A DNA stretch of 64,000 bases, taken from Callorhinchus milii. Lineage: Eukaryota. The DNA is taken from positions 65,660,001-65,724,000 of the forward strand of contig NW_024704742.1 of NCBI RefSeq assembly GCF_018977255.1, written 5' to 3'. The notes under the pieces were generated by a model. The model made no database searches and was not told the origin of the DNA. It saw nothing but the letters and a program-made list of their open reading frames with translations. Within the stretch, counting starts at the first letter, position 1, and each line of letters starts with the position of its first letter. Position numbers and translations under genes: made by a program. Positions 1 to 12,540 of this stretch are shown here, one piece after another.

Positions 1-2028
1 CTATTGCACTATTGGCATTATTTGAAAAGAGAAGGGACTTTTTCCCCAGTGTCCTGGCCAACAATCCCCCAAATAAAATTGATCACTCACTTCTTGGTTG
101 CTTGTGGGAAATTGCTGTGCGCAACTAGCTGCCGCATATTGTCGACAAAACACAGTCACTACACTTTAAGTATATCCTGTGAAGTGCTTTGAGATGTCTC
201 AACAACATGATAAAGAGCTATATCAAATGCAAGGATTATTATTATTGTAATCTAGGCTGACACTCCAGTGCAATATTGGGAGAATGCTGTATCACTGGGA
301 CATTAAACCACGTTCCATGACACAGCCTGTTCAGTTGGGGTTAAAGATTCAAAAAAAGAAGGGATTTCTCCTGGTGTCCTGGCCAGCAATCCTCCAGATA
401 ACATGCTCATTCATCCCATGGCTGTGTGTGGAAAATAGCTGATGCAAATGGCTGCCGTGTTTGCCTACCAAATTACCAAAATAGTCATTATATTTGACAG
501 TAATTAACTGTAAAACGCTTTGACATGTTTCAATGTGAGAAGGTGCTATAAAAATTGTGAGTTCTTTCTTTCTTAATACAATCCAATTAAAGAGTGCACA
601 TTTCTGGAATTGGAAAACACTGCAAAAGAAATTATTAAAGCGACAAAATTGATTTGGCTAAATATAAAGAATACAGTATTTCTTTCCAATGTAAAGCTTA
701 GTGATTTTCTGTTAACAATCTTGAACCACCAAAATCAAGAAGACCTTAACAGGCAGCATTACCCGACATGTTACACATCTGCACTAGTAGAATTACAAGT
801 GGAGAAGAGCAGGAATAAACCTTGCTCTGCTAAACTGGTCAGTGCTACTGTTTCTAACTATGCTTAACTATGCCTTTCAATGTGACTGCGATGTCAAAAG
901 ATGTTGCCCTTATCCCATTCATTTTCCTCCTTTGCATTATTCACCATTAACCGATTGTGACTATGTGGCTCCTATCCCATAGATGCTATACTGTATAAAT
1001 GTACAAATTTGTATTTTAAGTTAAGAATATAAGAATTTGCTCGATGAAAGAAGACCAAGGTCCATCCAATCTATATAATTGTATCCTGAGATATTATATC
1101 CTAACAGAAATCTATGTAATTTGTTGGTCCATTTTCTTCCCTGCCCATTATCTCTCCTTGTTTAACAAGCACCTCACCTCTGCCTACTCTTCATAGTGTG
1201 CTCTAAAGATGAGACCTCATTGTAAGAGGTATCATGGACATAAAACACAGATCCCACTACCAGACCTAGATTTGGAACTCATACTTTTTTTAATGTAGGT
1301 TTTGTTTGAACTATAGCCTGTGTTAGCATCTGATAGATATGTTCGGTGGATTTACTTTCCTGGCAGCCATGATATCTAGACCCTGGTTCTGACATTCAAG
1401 TGGTTCCATGCCATTGCCTGACCCTATTTCTGCAGTCTCGCCCAAGCCATAATATATATATATATAATACATAAATATATAATATATATGTTTATGATGC
1501 ATTTAAAATTCTTCCCCACCAGTTTCTTTCCTCCTCCTCTAAAGGGACTGCCATAATGGGGATATGATGCCAGTCACCCTCCAGTATCTTAGCCACTCTC
1601 CCTTCACTCCACAAACTCAGGCTTGCTGCACATCCCTCACACTGTTGGCTTGTCATTGGCGGATCTCAGCTTCTAAGCCCTCTGTTTTCTGGAACTCCCT
1701 CCTCAAATCATCAGCCTCACACCCTCCCACTTCTTGAAAAACTATCCTTAATACCTTATCAGCAACCATGCCTTCCTTCTTAACTCCCCTCCCACCCTTC
1801 ATCATTTTGCCCATGTATTTATTTTCATCTCCGTCTGGAAAGTGCTTTGAGACGTTAACCCCATAACATAAGGCGTCATAAAAGTGCAAGGTGCCAGGGC
1901 TATTCTTTTTTTAAACTGCGTGACTCTAACCATGCAATAACATGAAAGGGAAGCAAACGAGATTAATTCAGAGATTATAGTACACTGAATATGCCTTTCC
2001 CTTAGTTGTCTGAAAACTGCGAACTTAC

Positions 2029-2193
2029 CTGTGGGTTTCATGTAATATTGCTCTATATCTGACATGTCGGTTTGTAGTGCACACTCAAGATAGCTGAGGA
2101 TAACTTTCCTACTGTAGTAGTATCTTGTGCCCAAAAGTAAGATGGGCACACAGCAGGTCAGCAGGAGGGAGTTCGTCAGATAAAAGCAAATTA
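2029..2193 (-). CDS. NAT8L: NAT8L coding exon 2 (165 bp); exon 3 (GNAT C-terminal part) lies left of the window
   Basis: Acceptor ctcccttatctccatag| and donor ACAG|GTAAGT. In frame with exon 1: (V)ICFYLTNSLLLTCCVPILLLGTRYYYSRKVILSYLECALQTDMSDIEQYYMKPT, matching NAT8L RYYYSRKV..YLECAL.TDM.DIEQYYMKP. Confidence 0.96.
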
Positions 2194-2959
2194 CTATGGA
2201 GATAAGGGAGAGAAATAAACGATACCTGTCAGAAAAGAGAATGAAGTGTTTATTTCAGACCACCCCAGAGGAGAGAGATTTAATAAAAATATATGTACAT
2301 TCATTATACATTATTTAAAAAAAATTTAAAAAATCAAAGAAAAATTATTTCTGCCTATATTATATATATAATATATACTTACATAGCTTGTCTCAATTGG
2401 AGTCGAGTGTTCACAAGCGTCAATTCCCCCATATACAGTAAGTGCTGTGTTTACATGTGTATAGGTGTCACTGACAAAACTGACCACACAATATAATCAA
2501 GTCAATCACCCGAAACAGGTTCTCCTCTGAAGCGCAAGGGCTATGGCAACGATAGGTGTGTACTTCCTGGCTCCCTGGTCACATAGTGCCTTTTACTGCC
2601 ATTGGCCAAGAATGCGCTCTCCGCATGCTAAAACAACCATCACAAAAGTTCCACATTCAGAGCCCCTCAAAGCAACCTACACATCGAATTTCTCCCGAGT
2701 TAAAACATTTTTTTTGAAACCTTTGAAAACAATTCACAAATTGCCGTTTGAAACCACCCCTCCCCCACACCCCGCCCTACCTCTTTTTTAGGATTTTAAA
2801 TGAAAAATTGTAAATGCGTAGTTTGTTCACCTCAGGCTTCAGAACGAGAGGGATTATCCCATCCAGAGACGTGCGGTCAGTCAATCCTTCTTTCTCCCAC
2901 CTGCGCTTCTCCAAAACACTTGCAAAGAGGATTGTATCCCGAACGGAAGCCCGCGGCGC

Positions 2960-3540
2960 ATGTCCTACACACATGTGCTGGCAATTACCAGGAAAGCACA
3001 CAATGCATTCCCCTACACATGTGTGCTGGCAGTCACTAGGAGTGCATACAGCGCTTTCCCCTACATGTGTGCGCTAGCAATCACTAGGAATGCATACAGC
3101 ACATTTCCCTACGCCAAGTGTTGGCAAATATTAGGAGTGCACACAGCATATCCCTTAGACACACATGTGGAAATCACTTGGAGTGCATATAGTACATCCC
3201 CTGCCAATCAGTGGGTGTGTACACAGCACATTCCCTACACATGTATGTGGCAATAACTGGGAGTGCACACAGCACATCCCCCTACATGCATGTGTGGAAA
3301 TTATATGCAGACCCTACAGGCAAGTACTGGTACTCACTGTTAGGGCGCAGCACATACCAAACACATGTGTGTTGCTGATGTTTAGAAGAGCTCCGCTCAT
3401 CCCCTACAGACATGTGTACTGGCAATGAAGAGGAGCTCATCTAAATACACCCACCCACCCACACACACGCACACACACCTGTGCTGGTAATGAACAGGAG
3501 AGACCACCAGGTATCCCCTTTTCACCATGTGTGTGCGGGA
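2960..3540. repeat. Degenerate ~46-48-bp minisatellite in NAT8L intron 1
   Basis: Repeating unit CACATGTGTGCTGGCARTCACTAGGAGTGCAYACAGCACATTCCCCTA. Confidence 0.8.
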
Positions 3541-4216
3541 TGCGGAAAGTTCTTTAAAAAAAGGGCAGTGAACACCTTATCAAACCTGGGCATTGAGCGT
3601 CTGCACAAGAACATGCTGTAACTTTCACACGCCCGCAAAGTGCAGAGATGCATGTGTGTGTACACGTGGACACATTCTAATAGCATGCGTCAGTTCCGAC
3701 TTCTAACTAGAGCGAGTGGCACATGCATGTTCACCCAATGCACAGGATGCAACGTGTTCCCATGCGGTGGTGCAGAGAAGCGGGGGGGGGGGGTGGGGGG
3801 AAAATATATTCTTCACATCTCTCTCAACAGATACTGTAGCTGTTCTCAATTGATAAACAGGAGTGGTGAACGCATGTTAGCGCTGAGCGCACGTGTGTGT
3901 TACCGCGGCTGGTGTCCTTATCTCAGTGCATGTCCCATGTTCATCCAGTATGCGGGGTGCATGTTCCCAGAGCTTGGGGTGCTGCGTTGCGGCTCTGTCA
4001 CAGGGGAGCCAGGTGTATACTCATGTATGCACACAGTGGATGCATGCTTTCCCCCAGCAGAAGTCCTGATGCTCACTGTCACATGGTGAATGAGTGCATG
4101 TTACAGCAGGTGTGTGCTGGTGTGTGTGTGCGTGCTGGTGTGTGTGTGTGCGTGCTGGTGCATGTGTACTGGTGTATGTGTGCTGGTGTGTGTGTGTGTT
4201 TGCATGAGATAGCAAT

Positions 4217-4436
4217 CAGAGGGGTCCAATCTTTTAGCTGTTGAGGGCCGGATGCCCTATTTGAAAAATGTTGCGGGCCCCATAAGCAATATTTCTGTGC
4301 TTCCCTTCCAGAAGCATAACAAGATTTGCGGGTTATGGAAGGAGCGGGTGGACCAGAGGAAATGGAAGGAGAAGGGGGAAGGGGTGGGGGGGGGGGGATG
4401 AAATCGGCCCGCGGGCCGCCAGTTGGGACTACCCTG
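4217..4436. mobile_element. hAT-Charlie-type MITE (MER30-like ends) in NAT8L intron 1
   Basis: Left end CAGAGGGGTCCAATCTTTT...GAGGGCCG, right end CGGCCCGCGGGCCGCCAGTTGGGACTACCCTG. Imperfect CAG-terminated TIRs. No clear TSD. Confidence 0.55.
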
Positions 4437-4844
4437 ACTGGTTAAAACGCTCGAGGCTCACAGCTCCCCCACAGCACAGCATTGAGTCAGTGAGTGGGTG
4501 TCGAGTGCAGAAATGCAAGGGATTTGGAAAGACCCTGGTGGTGGTGTGGTGGTGGGGGGGGGGGGGTGTGGGGTGTGGTGTGGTGGTGGGGTGGGGGGGG
4601 GGGGTGTGGTGGTGGGGTGGGGGGGGGGGCACATCGCTGCAAGGTGGCGCTGAGCCGCTGGTGGGTTGAGGACGGTCGAGTTTTTTTTTCCCTTCCAACG
4701 AGGGGACCACAACTTAACCCCAACCCTCCACTAGAGAGCGTCGCCCTCCCCATCCACAGAGCAGCACCATCTCTCCTCATCCCGCTCTCCCAGCGACGGC
4801 TGCAGCTCACACTGCATCTCTAGGGTATGGCTGCGGGTCCTGTT

Positions 4845-5300
4845 CTTCCCTCCCCCCATCCCTCTCCCCCTCCCTCTCTCCCTCACCCCCTCCCTCCCTC
4901 CCTCTCCCCCCCATCCCTCTCTCCCTCCTCTCTCCCTCACCCCTCCCTCCTCACCCCTCCTCTCCCCCTCCCTCTCTCCCTCCCTCTCTCCCTCACCCCC
5001 TCCCTCCCTCCCTCCCTCTCTCCCTCACCCTAACCCTCTCCCTCCCTCTCTCCCTCACCCCTCCCTCCCTCCTCTCTCCCCCCATCCTCTCTCCCTCCCT
5101 CTCTCCCTCTCTCCCTCCCTCTCTCCCTCCCTCTCTCCCTCTCTCCCCATCCCTCCTCCCCCTCCCTCACCCCCTCCCCCTCCCCCCATCCCTCTCTCCC
5201 CCTCCTTCCCTCCCTCACCCCCTCTCTCCTTCACCCCCTCTCTCCCTCACCCCCTCCTCCCTCCCTCCCTCCCTCTCTCACCCCCTCCCTCTCTCCACAC
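4845..5300. repeat. C/T-rich low-complexity tract
   Basis: CCCTCCCTCTCTCCCTCACCC-type repeats. Confidence 0.9.
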
Positions 5301-5819
5301 ACCCACACAACACTCACTCACACTATGTCCAAACGAGTGAAAAACCCTTCAAATATTAAATCCACCGTTACATCAGTGCCTATATTTTTTTGGGGAGGGG
5401 AGGGAGGGAGGGAGGGGGGGAGGGGGGAGGGGGAGGGTTTCTCGAAACAAAAACATTTTTTTTCCTCTTAAAAAAATAAATACATATATCCAAAGAAATC
5501 GTACATTTTTCGATGGATCGGAATTATTGGTGTCATCATAACAATGAGATCAGAGATCGCGTTGGAGGTTTTTTTTTACAGATATCAATGATATATATAT
5601 AAACACATTTGAATAATAATAATATGAATAATAATAACGCGATTAAAACGGGCATAAATCGGGACAGCGTTCGATGTGCAAATAATAATCATTATTTGTG
5701 TGTGTGTGTGTGGGGGGGGGGGGGAGAAAGGGAATAAATAGAGTCGAGAGGAGCGACGACGACGATAACAACAACAACAACCACCGAAATAAAGAGAGAG
5801 AGAGAGAGAGAGAGCGGAC

Positions 5820-6222
5820 GGGGGAGAGGGGGTGTGTGTGGGGGGAGAGGGGGGTGTGGGGGTGTGTGTGGGGGCAGAGGGGGGGGTGGTGGGGGAGAGG
5901 GGGTGTGTGGGGGAGGGGGGTGTGTGTGGGGGAGAGGGGTGTGTGGGGGTTGTGTGTGGGGGAGAGGGGGGGTGTGGGGGGTGTGTGTGGGGGAGAGGGG
6001 GGGGGGGGTGGTGGGGGGAGAGGGGGGTGTGGGGGGGGGGTGTGTGTGGGGGAGAGGGGGGGTGTGGGGGAGAGGGGGGGGGTGGTGGGGGGAGAGGGGG
6101 GGGTGGTGGGGGAGAGGGGGTGTGTGTGGGGGAGAGAGGGGGGGGGGTGTGGGGGGAGAGGGGGGGTGTGAGGGGGGAGAGGGTGTGTGTGGGGAGAGAG
6201 GAGGGGAAGAGAGGGGGGGGGA
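5820..6222. repeat. G-rich minisatellite (GGGGGAGAGGGGGGTGTGTGT), G-quadruplex-prone
   Basis: Dense runs of four or more G, starting about 30 nt inside NAT8L intron 1. Confidence 0.9.
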
Positions 6223-6251
6223 AGGACCGTCGCGAAAAAATTCGCTTTTAC

Positions 6252-6615
6252 CTGTGAGGAACGCGTAAAAGAGCAGTATGTTGGGATGTTGCTTCAGGCC
6301 CCTGAAGGCGGTGTTGGGGATGCGCTCCATGATGCCCTGGTAGAAGATGCGGCACACGCTCTCCTGTTCGCTCCTCTCAAACTCGCGGATACAGAAGCAG
6401 TCCTTCTTGCCGGACTCCGGGCCGGGGGGGGGAGGGGGAGGGGGAGGGGAGGGGGTCGCGGGGTGGTGGGGGTGTTGGTGCTGGTGGGGGGTGGTCCCGG
6501 CCCCCGGAGGCCACAGCTGGCTGGACGACACGATGGGATCAGCCTTGGACCCCGGCATCTCGTCGTCCGCTACGATCTTGGTCTCGCAAACCATTTTTGG
6601 AGGCAGAAAATGCAT
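6252..6615 (-). CDS. NAT8L: N-acetylaspartate synthetase NAT8L, coding exon 1
   Basis: Translates as MHFLPPKMVCETKIVADD...CIREFERSEQESVCRIFYQGIMERIPNTAFRGLKQHPNILLFYAFLT, matching the recalled human NAT8L N-terminus (MHCGPPDMVCETKIV...CIREF...RIFYDGIMERIPNTAFRGLRQHP). ATG at 6615-6613. Donor ACAG|GTAAAA at 6252/6251, phase 1. Confidence 0.96.
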
Positions 6616-6969
6616 AAAACTGGGGGTGGGGGCGCGTCGGCAAAAAAAAAAAACCCAAACCCAACTTTTTTTAAAAAAATATCCCCCCCCCCCCCCTCCC
6701 CCCTCACCCCTCACCCCCTCACCGAATTATATTGGGAGAAAAACACACACCCGTACGGCGCACAGACACGAACCCCCTCTCTCTCTCTCTCTGCCCCTGA
6801 AGACAAAAAAATTGGAGGGTCAAACCTCTTCCTTGTGTTGGTGTTGGTGAAGGTACAAACTCTCCCTCTCTCTCTCACTCCCTCTCTCTCCTCCACTCTC
6901 CCTCCTCTCTCTTCTCCCCTCTTTCATCTCCTCTCCCTCTCTCTCCCTCTCCCTCTCTCTCTCTCTCTC

Positions 6970-7200
6970 ACACAGTGACTGAGCCCCGGAGTCGCGGCTG
7001 TTTATAACGCGAGTCAGTCCCAGCGCTATAAGTGATTCAGGTTGCGGGGCCGCTGTGGGCGGGGGGGGTGGGGGGGGGCCGGGCCCGGGCCCGGGTCCGC
7101 CCGGGATTGGCGGGAGCGCTCGGCCTGTCATCCCAGGGCGGGAACAGCGCCTTTCCTTCGGCCGCTTCACTGCGAAATCTTATTGCATTTCGCTCCTTTA
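6970..7200 (-). promoter_or_regulatory. Putative NAT8L core promoter (CpG-rich)
   Basis: Minus-strand TATAAA at 7006-7001 lies about 26-30 nt upstream of Inr-like TCAGTC/TCACTG (6982-6973). CCAAT at 7110-7106, GC-rich boxes at 7057-7100, AP-1-like TGATTCA at 7033-7039. Confidence 0.55.
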
Positions 7201-7214
7201 TGTCTCTTCGACGT

Positions 7215-8800
7215 TCTCCCTCTCTCTCTCTTCCCCCTTCCCTCCCTCTTTGCCCCTTCCCTCCCTCTTTGCCCCCTCCCTCCCTCTTGCCCCCTTCCCT
7301 CCCTCTTTGCCCCCTCCCTCCCTCTCTTCCCCTTCCCTCCCTCTTTCCCCCCTCCCCTCCCTCTTTGCCCCCTCCCTCCCTCTCTTCCCCTTCCCTCCCT
7401 CTTTCCCCCTTCCCTCCCTCTTTCCCCTTCCCTCCCTCTTTCCCCCCCTCCCCTCCCTCTTTGCCCCTTCCCTCCCTCTTTGCCCCCTCCCTCTCTCTCT
7501 TCCCCTTCCCTCCCTCTTTGCCCCTTCCTCCCTCTTTGCCCCTTCCCTCCCTCTTTCCCCCTTCCCCTCCCTCTTTGCCCCCTTCCTTCCCTCTTGCCCC
7601 CTTCCCTCCCTCTTTGCCCCTTCCCTCCCTCTTTGCCCCCTCCCTCCCTCTTGCCCCCTTCCCTCCCTCTTTGCCCCCTCCCTCCCTCTCTTCCCCTTCC
7701 CTCCCTCTTTCCCCCTCCCCTCCCTCTTTGCCCCTCCCTCTCTTCCCCTTCCCTCCTCTTTCCCCCCTCCCCTCCCTCTTTGCCCCCTCCCTCCCTCTCT
7801 TCCCCTTCCCTCCCTCTTTCCCCCTTCCCTCCCTCTTTCCCCCTTCCCTCCCTCTTTCCCCCCTCCCCTCCCTCTTTGCCCCTTCCCTCCCTCTTTGCCC
7901 CCTCCCTCTCTCTCTTCCCTTCCCTCCCTCTTTGCCCCTTCCTCCCTCTTTGCCCCTTCCCTCCCTCTTTCCCCCTTCCCCTCCCTCTTTGCCCCCTTCC
8001 TTCCCTCTTGCCCCCTTCCCTCCCTCTTTGCCCCTTCCCTCCCTCTTTGCCCCCTTCCCTCCCTCTTTGCCCCTTCCCTCCCTCTTGCCCCCTTCCCTCC
8101 CTCTTTGCCCCTTCCCTCCCTATTTGCCCCCTCCCTCTCTCTCTTCCCCTTCCCTCCCTCTTTGCCCCTTCCCTCCCTATTTGCCCCCTCCCTCTCTCTT
8201 CCCCTTCCCTCCCTCTTTGCCCCTTCCCTCCCTCTTGCCCCCTTCCCTCCCTCTTTGCCCCCTCCCTCCCTCTTTGCCCCCTTCCCTCCCTCTTTGCCGC
8301 TTCCCTCCCTCTTTGCCCCCTTCCCTCCCTCTTTGCCCCCTCCCTCCCTTTTCCCCTTCCCTCCCTCTTTCCCCCTTCCCTCCCTCTTCCCCCCTCCCCT
8401 CCCTCTTTGCCCCCTTCCCTCCCTCTTCGCTTCCCTCCCTCTTTGCCCCTTCCCCCCTTCTTTGCCCCCTCCCTCTCCCTCTTCCCCTTCCCTCCCTCTT
8501 TCCCCCTTCCCTCCCTCTTCCCCCCTCCCCTCCCTCTTTGCCCTCTCCCCTCCCTCTTTGCCCCCTTCCCTCCCTCTTTGCCCCTTCCCTCCCTCCTTGC
8601 CCCTTCTCTCTCTCTCTATCTCTCTCTCTGGTTGTCCCCTCCTTCCCTCCCCCCCCCTCTCTCTTTGCCTCCTTCTTCCTTCCCTATCCCCGTTCTCTCC
8701 TCTCTCACTCCCTCCCTCCTTCCCTCTCACTCCCTCTCTCCTTATCTCTCTGCCCCCTCCCTCCTCCCTCCCTCCCTCCCTCCCTCCTCCCTCCCTTCAT
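7215..8800. repeat. 1.6-kb polypyrimidine minisatellite (~19-20-bp unit CCCTCCCTCTTTGCCCCTT)
   Basis: Direct reading; it generates the ~600-aa Pro/Ser/Leu ORFs in the track. Confidence 0.95.
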
Positions 8801-9194
8801 CCCCAACTCTGCATCGGCGTCAAACTGCACATTGAGCTGATGTCTGCACAAAGCAGAATTAAACCCAAATACGTAACTCGTGACGGATCAGTCAGTTTAT
8901 ACAGAATAATTTGCAGCTTCTGTTGGAATTAATACCCCCCCCCTCCCCTCCCCCCCCACACCATCTTCATTCCCCAGCCTTTTTTTTTCTCATCTCCCTT
9001 TTATCCCGTTTGCCTTTTTCTATCCCCCTTTTTCCCACTGATCTGCAGAGAAAGCGCAAAATACAATGCAAACCGACGATAAGACGCAACGTAGAGGAAC
9101 GAAGGAGATGGAAATGAGATGTTCCTGGAAGGAACACATTAAATATTTGATGGGGGGCGCGAGATAACTAAAAAAAACAATGAATTTGGCTCAT

Positions 9195-9925
9195 TTATCT
9201 TTTTCTTCCCTTCTCCCTCTCTCTTCCCTTCTCTCTATCTTCCCTTCTCTCTCTCTCTCCCCCCTTCTCTCTATCTTCCCTTCTCTCTATCTTCCCTTCT
9301 CTCTCTCTCTCCCCCCTTCTCTCTATCTTCCCTTCTCTCTCTCTCTCCCCCCTTCTCTCTATCTTCCCTTCTCTCTATCTTCCCTTCTCTCTCTCTTCCC
9401 CCTTCTCTCTATCTTCCATTCTCTCTCTCTCCCCCCTTCTCTCTATCTTCCCTTCTCTCTATCTTCCCTTCTCTCTATCTTCCTCTCTCTCCCCCCTTCT
9501 CTCTATCTTTCCTTCTCTTTCTCTTCTCTCTTCCCTTCTCTCTATCTTCCTCTCTCTCCCCCCCCTCTCTCCCCCCTCCTCCCCCCTTCTCTCTATCTTC
9601 CTTCTCTCTATCTTCCTTCTCTCTCTCTCCCCCCTTCTCTCTATCTTCCTTCTCTCTCTCTCTCCCCCTTCTCTCTATCTCCTTCTCTATTTCCTTCTCT
9701 CTCTCTCCCCTTCTCTCTATCTTCCCTTCTCTCTCTCTTCCCCCTTCTCTCTATCTTCCATTCTCTCTCTCTCCCCCCTTCTCTCTATCTTCCCTTCTCT
9801 TTCTCTTCTCTCTATCTTCCCTTCTCTCTATCTTCCCTTCTCTCTCTCCCCCCTTCTCTCTATCTCCCCTTCTCTCTCTTCGTTTCTGCCTTCCTTCTCT
9901 CTCTTCCTTTCTGTCTCCTCTCCCC
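9195..9925. repeat. Polypyrimidine minisatellite (CTCTCTATCTTCCCTT)
   Basis: Direct reading. Confidence 0.9.
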
Positions 9926-10690
9926 CAGAGCAATGTGAAAGTGAGCCTTGTGGGCAAAGCGACACGAGTCTCGATTGTGGATCCTTTCCATGTCAGTTAA
10001 CCCTGTGCAACTTATAATAAAAACGCTGACATCCTCTCCTCTCTCCCTCTCACACACACACCACCACCATCATCATCACCATCATCACAGCTTCACTGCA
10101 GTGTGACAGGACATCCGGGGTTCCTCTCCATCATTTCTGCTACCAGTAGGGGTAACTATTATTATACACTCTCACACTCTTACACTAAAACAAACCCACA
10201 AGAAGACCATCCAGTGCAAGTGAATAAACCACACGGCTCTGTGTGTGTGTGTGTGTGTGTGGTGGGGTGGGGGGGGGGGAGACACTGGTGGGATACAGCA
10301 ATAACCTTGAGGATGAGTCTCAGGAGATGCTGATGGTGAAAAAAAATCCACGTCTTTTGGATACACCAGGAGGGAGGGAAGGACAGAGGTGTTCACTCTG
10401 CACAATGTCACCAGGCGAAACCAGACCCGACCCGACCCGACCCGACCAGCGTGAAAATGCGACTTTACTCTAACATGCAAAACAAATGTCTTCCTTCCTT
10501 CCTTCCTTCCTTGCTTGCTTTCCGCTTGGTATTTTTGTTGAGCACAAGGTTACATGGAATATAACTAAGCCACGATTTTCTCATCAACGCAACAGTAATA
10601 CTCAACGTCTTCATTCCCCATCTCTCTTTTATACCATACGCTGAGATCTCTGTCTGTCTGTCTGTCTGTCTGTGTCTGTGTCTGTGTCTG

Positions 10691-10721
<31 letters not shown>

Positions 10722-12540
10722 GTCTGTCTGCACGTTTCGACTTGAACAAAATAAAATAATAAATAAATACACGTATTTATTTATTGCATTCGGGACATCA
10801 TTCGTGTCTGTAAAGGACGTGGAGGGAAGAGAGGGTGAGATTTGAGAGAGGGTGAATGCATTCAATCTGATCAGCGCCCCCCCCCCCCACCCCACCTCCT
10901 CTCCTGATTGAATCCGGATTGAGTAACGAACATTGTGCAAAAAGATAGGGATAAGATGGAAGCTGGAATTTCGCATTCCTCTCCGTTCAAAGGCTTTGAC
11001 TCCACGCATGCTCCTCTAATGATGGATGCCTTAACTTTAGCATTGCCCCCTTTTATTCCACTGCATTGCCAGGCGTTCATTCGTTTTTTTTTCATTTGTT
11101 GGTTTATCATTTTAAATAAAGACGGGGCAATGTTTGGGAGAGATTTATCATGTTTTTTTCTTGGGGGAGGGGGGGGGGAGGGAGGTTGGGTAAGAGGTGG
11201 GAGTCACACCATCGATTGGGTCAATGTGCTTCTTTGTGAAATCGACATGTTCTTGAATTTCCGGAGAGGTGATGATGATGAGAGAGAGAGAGAGAGAGAG
11301 GAGAGAGACTCGTGATTCAAGATGGGTGTTGTGTATATACAGTATTTCTGTAGGTTGGGTTGGGATCAAGAGGGATACAGTAGTATTTCACAAGAGGACC
11401 ACTGCGTTTATTGTGAAGCCACTCCACCGCGCAGTTCAATATCCTTTATCATGTACATCCCAATTCACTTTCCTGGTTAGAGAACTGATGGATACATTTC
11501 TTTGTGCTGTGCAGGTTTAGTGAGAGCCTCGCTTTTCATTCGATGATTTGAAGAATGATTAATGATGTAGGGATTTCCCCCCCACCTCCCTCCCTCCCAC
11601 CCTCCCTCCCACACACACACACACACACTCCCCCTCTCTCCCATTCCCATCTCTAAAAGTATATGTCGAAATACAGCACTTTTAATACATTGAAGGCTGC
11701 AGTGAAATTGCTAAACCTATATGATCAAACGGGCGGTTTTTTTTTTGGGGGGGGGGGTGGTTAACCCGGGGGGATTGGGGTGGGGGGGAGGGGGATGATG
11801 GTGGGGTGTGGACTTGCATCGAAAAAAAATTGCTTCAAAATGTTGGCATTTTAAAACCCGATCGATGGGGAGTTTGAATAGATTTACTAATCAGATCAGC
11901 TGGAGGGAGAGTGCTTGTGATTTGAAGGCATCTTTCTGCCCCCCACCAACCCCCAGACTCACTCACTCACTCACTCACTCAGGTTATGAATCCCCCCCCA
12001 CCATCCCTGCCATACTTTGAGGTTGGACCTGGTGTTTTGAGTTTTTTTTTATCCCTTCGATCTTTATTAACACAATAAATCGATTTTTTTTAACCAATCA
12101 AAAATACAGTCAAAGGCAAATCCTCAGGAGGAAAAGATCCTCGAAAATTGACTGAAGCCCCTTCCACTGCCTGTTAGAATAACAGGATAAAACTAAGTAT
12201 AACACCCACCCCACCCACCCACCGCAGGTGTTGTGTGAAGTGCTTTGAAACTCCCTTTTGGTGTGAAAGGTGCTATCTATAACAACTTGTTTTTACAGAG
12301 CACCCCTCACTCAGGGTAGGATCCCAGAGCGCCAAGCTATAAATATAAATTGTGAAATATAGCATCTTTCACTCCAAAAAAACTTTGTTGATGTCTATTC
12401 AAAGGTTATATTATTTGAGCCCAACAATACAGTCAGGGTAATTAACCATTAAGAGGTCCTGCTAACTAGATTTCCCCCTCTCTCTCTCCCCTTTTTTCAA
12501 AATAACAATTCACTTCAAATGTTAAATCCCAGCCTTCAAA

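Noticed and set aside
2960..3540. CRISPR-like periodic array
   Set aside because: Eukaryotic intron, degenerate tandem units without unique spacers, and no cas genes.
5692..6251. Pro/His-rich C-terminal extension of the NAT8L exon 1 ORF, and Gly-rich plus-strand ORFs
   Set aside because: Read-through into the intron past the GT donor at 6251; low complexity.
7136..7151. REST/RE1 site near the neuronal NAT8L promoter (GAACAGCGCC)
   Set aside because: Only an imperfect right half-site; no TCAGCACC left half.
7032..8932. Overlapping 500-625-aa ORFs in four frames
   Set aside because: Translations of a stop-free polypyrimidine minisatellite; no domain content.
9180..9938. 252-aa Ser/Leu/Pro ORF
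   Set aside because: Translation of the CT-rich minisatellite.
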